64,000 nucleotides of DNA from Rhizomicrobium sp. (GTDB lineage Bacteria > Pseudomonadota > Alphaproteobacteria > Micropepsales > Micropepsaceae), in the NCBI GenBank assembly GCA_036271735.1, contig DATAZZ010000028.1, positions 21,773 through 85,772 on the forward strand, given 5' to 3'. The translations under genes were made by a program, and so were the position numbers. The notes under the pieces are model-generated. The model was not told the DNA's origin, searched no databases, and saw only the letters and a program-made list of their open reading frames with translations. This document shows positions 58,594-64,000 of the stretch, one piece after another (position 1 is the first letter of the stretch; each line of letters starts with the position of its first letter).

Positions 58594-60300
58594 GTGGCCG
58601 AGGCTCGCGCGCGAGTGCCGTGGCTCAGTCTCCTTCCCGAAGTGCTGCGCGCGCTTCTGTGGCAGGCGTTCCGGCCGATCCGCGTGTGGTACCGCCGCAC
58701 CTGGCTCTATCGCCGCTTCCTCAAGGGGCCGCTGTCCGACCGCATCCTGTTCCATCCTTACGACGCGCTGCCGCGCCGGCTCGAGGATGCCGACATGCTG
58801 CTGCGCGGCCGCTTCCGCTTCCATGGCGAGACCGTGGAAGTGAAGGACGGCTCGGTGTTCGACGTGAAGCCGCCGTCGGAGGAATGGGCCAAGGCGCTGC
58901 ACGGCTTCGCATGGCTGCCGCCGCTGGCGCTGGCCGGCGGCGATGCGGCGCGCGCGCTGGCGACCAATCTGATCAGCCAATGGCTCAAGCGCCATGCGCG
59001 CTATTCCGAGCCCGCATGGTCGCCGGAGGTGATCGCGCGCCGGCTGGTGCATCTCTTCGCGCATGGCCGATTGGTGATCGCCAATTCCGATCTGTTGTGG
59101 CGCTCCAAAGTGTTCGTGTCGCTGCGCGAGCAGTCCCGCATGCTGGCGCGCATCTCGGGCGAGGCGCCAGACGGCTTGCCGCGCTTCGAGGCTGCCGCGG
59201 CTTATGCGTTGTCCGGCGCCTGCCTCGGCGACAGCCAGCGCCGGCTCGAGGAGGGCCTCAAGCAGCTCGAAGGCGAGATTGCGCGCCAGATATTTCCCGA
59301 TGGCGGCCATGTCAGCCGCTCGCCGGAGGAACTGGTGCATTGCTATCGCCTGATCATGATGGTGGCGGATGCGCTGGGCGCCGGCGCGCTGGAAGTGCCG
59401 CACGCGGTCCGCGGCGCGCTGGACCGCATCGCGCCGACGGTGCGGTTCTTCCGCCATGGCGACGGCGCGCTGGCGCTGTTCAACGGCGGCACGGAGAGCG
59501 ATCCGCGCACCATTGCCGGGCTGCTGGCGCGCGACGAGATCCGCGGCCTGCCGTTCCAGTTCGCGCGCCATTCCGGTTATCAGCGCCTGACCGGCGGACG
59601 GACGACGCTGATCCTGGATTGCGGGACGGTGCCGCCGGGGCCGTTCTCCATCGACGCGCACGCGGCGTGCCTCGCTTTCGAGTTCAGCAGCGCCAACCAG
59701 CGCATCGTCGTCAATTGCGGCGCCGCGGGCACCTCGCAGCCCAAATGGGAATCCGCGCTGCGCGCCTCGGCGGCGCATTCGACGCTGGTCGTCGCCGACG
59801 CGTCGATGGCGACGATCCTGCCGCCGGGATTCATCCGCCGGCTTCTCGGCGCACGGCTGCTGCGCGGGCCGCAACAGATCGAGACGCGGCGGCTCGAGAC
59901 CACCGCGGGATGGAGCGTAGAGGCGAGTCACGACGCCTATCTGGTCCCATTCGGCGTGCGGCATGAGCGGCAGATCACGATGTCGGGGCAGGGGCATTCG
60001 ATCACCGGCGCCGACCGGCTGCTGCCCCGGCAAGCCAAGACGTACAAGGATGTCGCGTTTGCGATCCGCTTCCACATCCATCCCGACATCCGCATGTCGC
60101 CGAACCAGGCGGGCGCGGTGCTGCTGAAGCTGCCGAACGGCGAGGGCTGGCGCTTTCGTGCCGGCGGCGAGATCGCGATCGAAGAGAGCGTCTATCTCGG
60201 CAGCGACCAGGTGCGCCGCACCGAGCAGATCGTGCTGAGCGGCAGCGTGAAAGACCAGCCGGTCGAGGTGGCGTGGGTGTTCGAGCAGATACAGGCGTAG
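58594..60300 (+). CDS. heparinase II/III family protein
   Basis: LHGFAWL, DGGHVSRSP, RHGDG.LALFNG, NCG, AHST and RFHIHP. Confidence 0.88.
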   Translation: MAEARARVPWLSLLPEVLRALLWQAFRPIRVWYRRTWLYRRFLKGPLSDRILFHPYDALPRRLEDADMLLRGRFRFHGETVEVKDGSVFDVKPPSEEWAKALHGFAWLPPLALAGGDAARALATNLISQWLKRHARYSEPAWSPEVIARRLVHLFAHGRLVIANSDLLWRSKVFVSLREQSRMLARISGEAPDGLPRFEAAAAYALSGACLGDSQRRLEEGLKQLEGEIARQIFPDGGHVSRSPEELVHCYRLIMMVADALGAGALEVPHAVRGALDRIAPTVRFFRHGDGALALFNGGTESDPRTIAGLLARDEIRGLPFQFARHSGYQRLTGGRTTLILDCGTVPPGPFSIDAHAACLAFEFSSANQRIVVNCGAAGTSQPKWESALRASAAHSTLVVADASMATILPPGFIRRLLGARLLRGPQQIETRRLETTAGWSVEASHDAYLVPFGVRHERQITMSGQGHSITGADRLLPRQAKTYKDVAFAIRFHIHPDIRMSPNQAGAVLLKLPNGEGWRFRAGGEIAIEESVYLGSDQVRRTEQIVLSGSVKDQPVEVAWVFEQIQA

Positions 60301-60307
60301 CTGTTTC

Positions 60308-60355
60308 CTCCCACTCACCATGGCCGGGTCAAGCCCGGCCACGGTGAGGGTGGAG
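60308..60355. repeat. REP-like hairpin
   Basis: ctcaccatggccggg-tcaag-cccggccacggtgag. Confidence 0.65.
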
Positions 60356-60485
60356 TTTGCATCGCTCAATTCACCGCCGCGACAATCTTAAATCTCCGAC
60401 ACCCTTGGCACCGCCACGGCCGCGCCGCCTTTGCGCCACGATCCGATCCCAGCGTGCCAACTCACTCGCCACACCGAGGGGTCAG

Positions 60486-61817
60486 ATGGCAACCGATACG
60501 CTTCCGCAGCCACGCGTCGCACGCGCGCCGTGGTTCAAATTCCTTATCGTCGCAGCGCTCACCATCGCGATGGCGGTGCCCTTGCTGTTCATCCAGTTCG
60601 CATTGTCCGACCGCGAGCAGACCGCGGCCGGCGCTGCGCAAGACATCGCCGCGGGTTGGGGCGGGACGCAGAGCGTCGCCGGGCCGGTGTTCGTGCTGCC
60701 CTATACGATACCGCAGGTCGATCAGACCTCCGGCGTGGAGCTGCCGCATCGCCAGGTCGCGGTGCTGCTGCCCGAAACGCTCGCGATGAAAGCCGCGACC
60801 GGTGAGGGCACGCGCTCGCGCGGCATCTTCTCGGTGCCGGTCTACCGCGCGAACATCGTGATGCACGCCACCTTCGACAAGGCCGCGATGGCGGCGCTGC
60901 TTCCCAGCGGCGCGACGCCGTTGTGGAACGAGGCGCGGCTCGCGGTGATCGTATCCGATGCGCATGGCCTCGCCGACAACGTCACGCTGGTGGTCAACGG
61001 CAAGGGGATTTCGGCGATCCCCGGCAGCGGCCTCAGCAATGCGCCCGGCGTGCAGGCGCCGCTCGCGCTCGGTGCCGCGTCCGACCTGACGGTCGACACC
61101 AACTTCACCTTGCGCGGATCGCGGGAGTTCAGCTTCTCGCCGCTCGGGCGCCGCACCACGGCGAGCATCGATTCGACCTGGGTGTCGCCGAGCTTCTTCG
61201 GTGCCTTCCTGCCGACCGACCGCAAGGTCGATTCGAACGGCTTCACCGCGTCCTGGGTGGTGCCGTATCTCGCGCGGGGTTTCGGGCAGAGCTTCACCGC
61301 CAACGACCAGCTTGCCGACATGTTGCGGGCGCCGGCGTTCGGCGCGCGGTTCTACCAGCCGGTGGACCACTACCAGCTGGTCGAGCGGGCGCTGAAATAC
61401 GCGATCCTGTTCATCGCGCTGGCGTTCCTCGTGTTCTTTGTGGTCGAGACCGTGTCGCCGCGGCAGCTCCACGTCGTGCACTACGCCCTGGTCGGCGCGG
61501 CGCAGGCGCTGTTCTATCTGCTGCTGTTGTCGTTCTGCGAGCATATCGGCTTCGCGGCCGCCTATGCCGTGGCGGCGGGCGCGACCGTCGGGCTGACCAC
61601 GCTCTATGCGATGAGCGCGCTCGCGGACCGGTTGCGCGCCGGCGTTCTGGGCGCGGTGCTGGTGGTGCTCTATGGGCTCCTCTACGTCATCCTGAACGCA
61701 GAGGATTATGCGCTGCTGATCGGTTCCTGCCTGCTGTTCGCGGCGCTGGCGGCGACCATGTATGTGACCCGCAAGATCGACTGGTTCCAGCTGACCGGCT
61801 CGGCCGCGGCGGCCTGA
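60486..61817 (+). CDS. creD: inner membrane protein CreD
   Basis: [44 protein letters not shown] and MYVTRKIDW. Confidence 0.92.
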   Translation: MATDTLPQPRVARAPWFKFLIVAALTIAMAVPLLFIQFALSDREQTAAGAAQDIAAGWGGTQSVAGPVFVLPYTIPQVDQTSGVELPHRQVAVLLPETLAMKAATGEGTRSRGIFSVPVYRANIVMHATFDKAAMAALLPSGATPLWNEARLAVIVSDAHGLADNVTLVVNGKGISAIPGSGLSNAPGVQAPLALGAASDLTVDTNFTLRGSREFSFSPLGRRTTASIDSTWVSPSFFGAFLPTDRKVDSNGFTASWVVPYLARGFGQSFTANDQLADMLRAPAFGARFYQPVDHYQLVERALKYAILFIALAFLVFFVVETVSPRQLHVVHYALVGAAQALFYLLLLSFCEHIGFAAAYAVAAGATVGLTTLYAMSALADRLRAGVLGAVLVVLYGLLYVILNAEDYALLIGSCLLFAALAATMYVTRKIDWFQLTGSAAAA

Positions 61818-61829
61818 CAGGCGGGCGCG

Positions 61830-61858
61830 TTGCCAGATGGGGGCCGGCTTGCTAAACC
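61830..61858 (+). promoter_or_regulatory. putative housekeeping promoter of sdhB
   Basis: TTGCCA-N15-GCTAAAC resembles the Caulobacter sigma73 consensus (TTG...GCTANAWC). Confidence 0.5.
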
Positions 61859-61899
61859 GGTCCCCATCGCCATTCGCCATTGTTTTTCCAAGGAAACCC

Positions 61900-62694
61900 A
61901 TGGTTCAGCTCACATTGCCCAAGGGCTCCAAGCCGGCCAAAGGCAAGGCTTGGCCGGCGCCGAAGACCGCCAACGGCAAGAAGCCCAAGCGCTCGAAGGA
62001 CTTCAAAGTCTACCGCTACGATCCGGATAATGCCGCCAATCCGCGCATCGACACCTATACGGTCGACCTCGAAAGCTGCGGTCCGATGGTCCTGGACGCG
62101 CTGATCAAGATCAAGAACGAGATCGATCCGTCGCTGACCTTCCGCCGCTCTTGCCGCGAAGGCGTGTGCGGCTCCTGCGCGATGAACATCGCCGGCAGCA
62201 ACACGCTGGCCTGCACCAAGGCGATCGACGACGTTTCGGGGCCGATCGCGGTCTACCCCCTGCCTCATATGCCGGTGGTCAAGGACCTGGTGCCAGACCT
62301 GACGAATTTCTACGCGCAATATTCCTCGATCGAGCCGTTCCTGCAGACCAAGACGGCGCAACCGGAAAAGGAATGGCAGCAATCGCCGGAAGAGCGCAGC
62401 AAGCTCGACGGGCTCTATGAGTGCATCCTGTGCGCCTGCTGCTCGACCGCGTGCCCGAGCTATTGGTGGAATTCGGAGCGCTATCTGGGGCCGGCGGCGC
62501 TGCTGCAATCCTATCGCTGGCTGATCGACAGCCGCGACGAGCACACCGGCGAGCGTCTCGACCGGCTGGAAGATCCGTTCCGGCTCTATCGCTGCCACAC
62601 GATCATGAACTGCACCAACACTTGCCCCAAGGGGCTCAATCCCGCCAAGGCGATCGGCGAGATCAAACAGATGCTGGTCAAGCGCAGCGTGTGA
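61900..62694 (+). CDS. sdhB: succinate dehydrogenase iron-sulfur subunit
   Basis: [24 protein letters not shown] and [12 protein letters not shown]. Confidence 0.97.
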   Translation: MVQLTLPKGSKPAKGKAWPAPKTANGKKPKRSKDFKVYRYDPDNAANPRIDTYTVDLESCGPMVLDALIKIKNEIDPSLTFRRSCREGVCGSCAMNIAGSNTLACTKAIDDVSGPIAVYPLPHMPVVKDLVPDLTNFYAQYSSIEPFLQTKTAQPEKEWQQSPEERSKLDGLYECILCACCSTACPSYWWNSERYLGPAALLQSYRWLIDSRDEHTGERLDRLEDPFRLYRCHTIMNCTNTCPKGLNPAKAIGEIKQMLVKRSV

Positions 62695-62787
62695 GCCTCA
62701 CGGCGGCGTGAGCGGCACACTTTTGTTTGAGCGGCGCAGGCGCGCGATCGGGCCTAGTCTTTCCGGCACCGCAGCCGGGAGACATTC

Positions 62788-63306
62788 ATGCGCCTGTTCG
62801 CCGCCGCCCTTCTTGTCTTGAGCGCATCGCCGTGTATCGCGGCCGCCGCGCCCGTGCCGCCGCCTGTGGGATGCAGCGGGCCGGAAACCAATCAGATCGA
62901 CTTCTGGCTCGGCGATTGGGATGCGGCTTGGGATGCGTCGCCCGGCACGCCGGCGGGCACCGGCAGCAACCGGATCACTCGGACCTATGAGGGCTGCGTT
63001 ACGGAGGAGCATTTCGACGGCGGCGCGCTCAAGGGGCACAGCGTGTCGCTCTATTTCGCGCCGGCCAAAACGTGGCGGCAGACCTGGGTCGACAACCAGG
63101 GAAGCTATATCGCTTTGTCGGGCGGACCGGACGGGCAGGGCGATTTCGTCCTGACCACGCAGCCCGGCTCCGGCGGCCGCGCCAACCGGATGATCTTCAC
63201 CGACATCAAGCCGGACAGCTTCACTTGGCGCTGGCAAGCGACGATGGACGGCACGACATGGGCCGACAGTTGGGTGATCCGCTACACGCGGAAGAAAGCA
63301 GGATAG
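62788..63306 (+). CDS. exported beta-barrel-like hypothetical protein (DUF1579-like)
   Basis: Signal peptide, DFWLGDW, WRQTWVDN and DGTTW. Confidence 0.75.
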   Translation: MRLFAAALLVLSASPCIAAAAPVPPPVGCSGPETNQIDFWLGDWDAAWDASPGTPAGTGSNRITRTYEGCVTEEHFDGGALKGHSVSLYFAPAKTWRQTWVDNQGSYIALSGGPDGQGDFVLTTQPGSGGRANRMIFTDIKPDSFTWRWQATMDGTTWADSWVIRYTRKKAG

Positions 63307-63326
63307 CACCTCTCCCATCTCCAACT

Positions 63327-63412
63327 CCGTCATTGCCCGGCTCGTCCGGGCAACCCAATTTTCTTTCCGTGCAAAGGAAAATGGGTCGCCCGCATGAAGC
63401 GGGCGATGACGG
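63327..63412. repeat. REP-like composite palindrome (CGTCATTGCCCGG family)
   Basis: ccgtcattgcccgg-ctcgt-ccgggcaaccca ... tgggtcgcccgc-atgaa-gcgggcgatgacgg. Confidence 0.75.
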
Positions 63413-63432
63413 GTTTTGAGAGGGTGAAACCG

Positions 63433-64000
63433 TTACGCCGCCGCCGGGGCTGGTCCCATCGGCTTCGAGCCGGCGCGCATCTGGAGGAAATGCCAGAGGA
63501 CCGAACTTGCCGCCTTGGACAGCCAGCCATGCGGTGCAGCGCCCACCGCCTTGGCGACCATCTGCACCAGGCGCTGGATGTGGTTGCGGCGGTAGATCTT
63601 CATCGTGCTGTGGGTCGCGGCGCGGGCGTAATAGGCGCGCTGGTAGGGGATGCGGGCGGTGTCGGCGGCCAGGACGTTGGCGCAGTAATAGGCGTAGGCC
63701 AGTTCGTCGTCGTCGGACTCGGTGATGCGGCCGGCGGCCACTGCGAGCTTCTTCCAGAATGGCAGGTCCGGTTCATCCTGCGCGTTAAGTGTGTCGTAGA
63801 AGAGCTTGTAATGCCTGTATTCGTCGGCCGCGATGCGCCCGGCGATCTCTTTCAGGACTGGCTCTTCGGTGTCGTCGCGGATGGCGGTGTAATAGGACGA
63901 GGTGCCACTTTCGACGACGCAGCGCGCGATCATCTCGCCGCGCCGGCTGCCGCGGATCGACTGGCCTTCGGGGCCGTCGAAATGCTCCGGCTTGTAGCCG
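63433..64000 (-). CDS. ferritin-like / acyl-ACP desaturase-like diiron protein (5' end outside the window)
   Basis: EMIARCVVESGTSSYY and IAADEYRH (DExRH). Confidence 0.82.
   Translation of the reverse strand, partial: GYKPEHFDGPEGQSIRGSRRGEMIARCVVESGTSSYYTAIRDDTEEPVLKEIAGRIAADEYRHYKLFYDTLNAQDEPDLPFWKKLAVAAGRITESDDDELAYAYYCANVLAADTARIPYQRAYYARAATHSTMKIYRRNHIQRLVQMVAKAVGAAPHGWLSKAASSVLWHFLQMRAGSKPMGPAPAAA

Noticed and set aside
58555-60369. 604-aa minus-strand ORF, and similar long shadows at 10869-12491, 17000-18760, 29143-30852 and 31234-32877
   Set aside because: Antisense or alternate-frame ORFs over well-supported genes, with no recognisable domains.

Overview
GC-rich alphaproteobacterial chromosomal window; gene content suggests a Rhizomicrobium/Caulobacter-like lineage (inference). 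It is mostly housekeeping and metabolic: nadB-nadA with two NadQ boxes and nadQ, fabH, queC-queE, pyrE, cysE, recQ, phoH, fhs, yghU, pcs, sdhCDA, rpe, creD and sdhB. It also carries several families of REP-like palindromes. I recognised no rRNA, tRNA, CRISPR array, integrase or transposase. The most notable items are: (1) a ~6.3 kb accessory block between nadQ and nadA holding an orphan phage-tailspike-like gene with a small partner, a Cle-type c-di-GMP CheY plus CheE-like pair, and a PsiD/PSD-like decarboxylase; (2) a MerR-CPBP protease module whose two genes share a 25-bp operator-like motif; (3) sdhB separated from sdhCDA and in the opposite orientation; (4) two paralogous 17-kDa-antigen-like genes and a USP gene with sigma-EcfG-like promoters; (5) three frameshifts that are either pseudogenisation or sequencing error. 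I cannot claim a definite new system. The tailspike-like locus and the MerR-CPBP module are the best candidates. All family calls come from motif recognition, not database searches.
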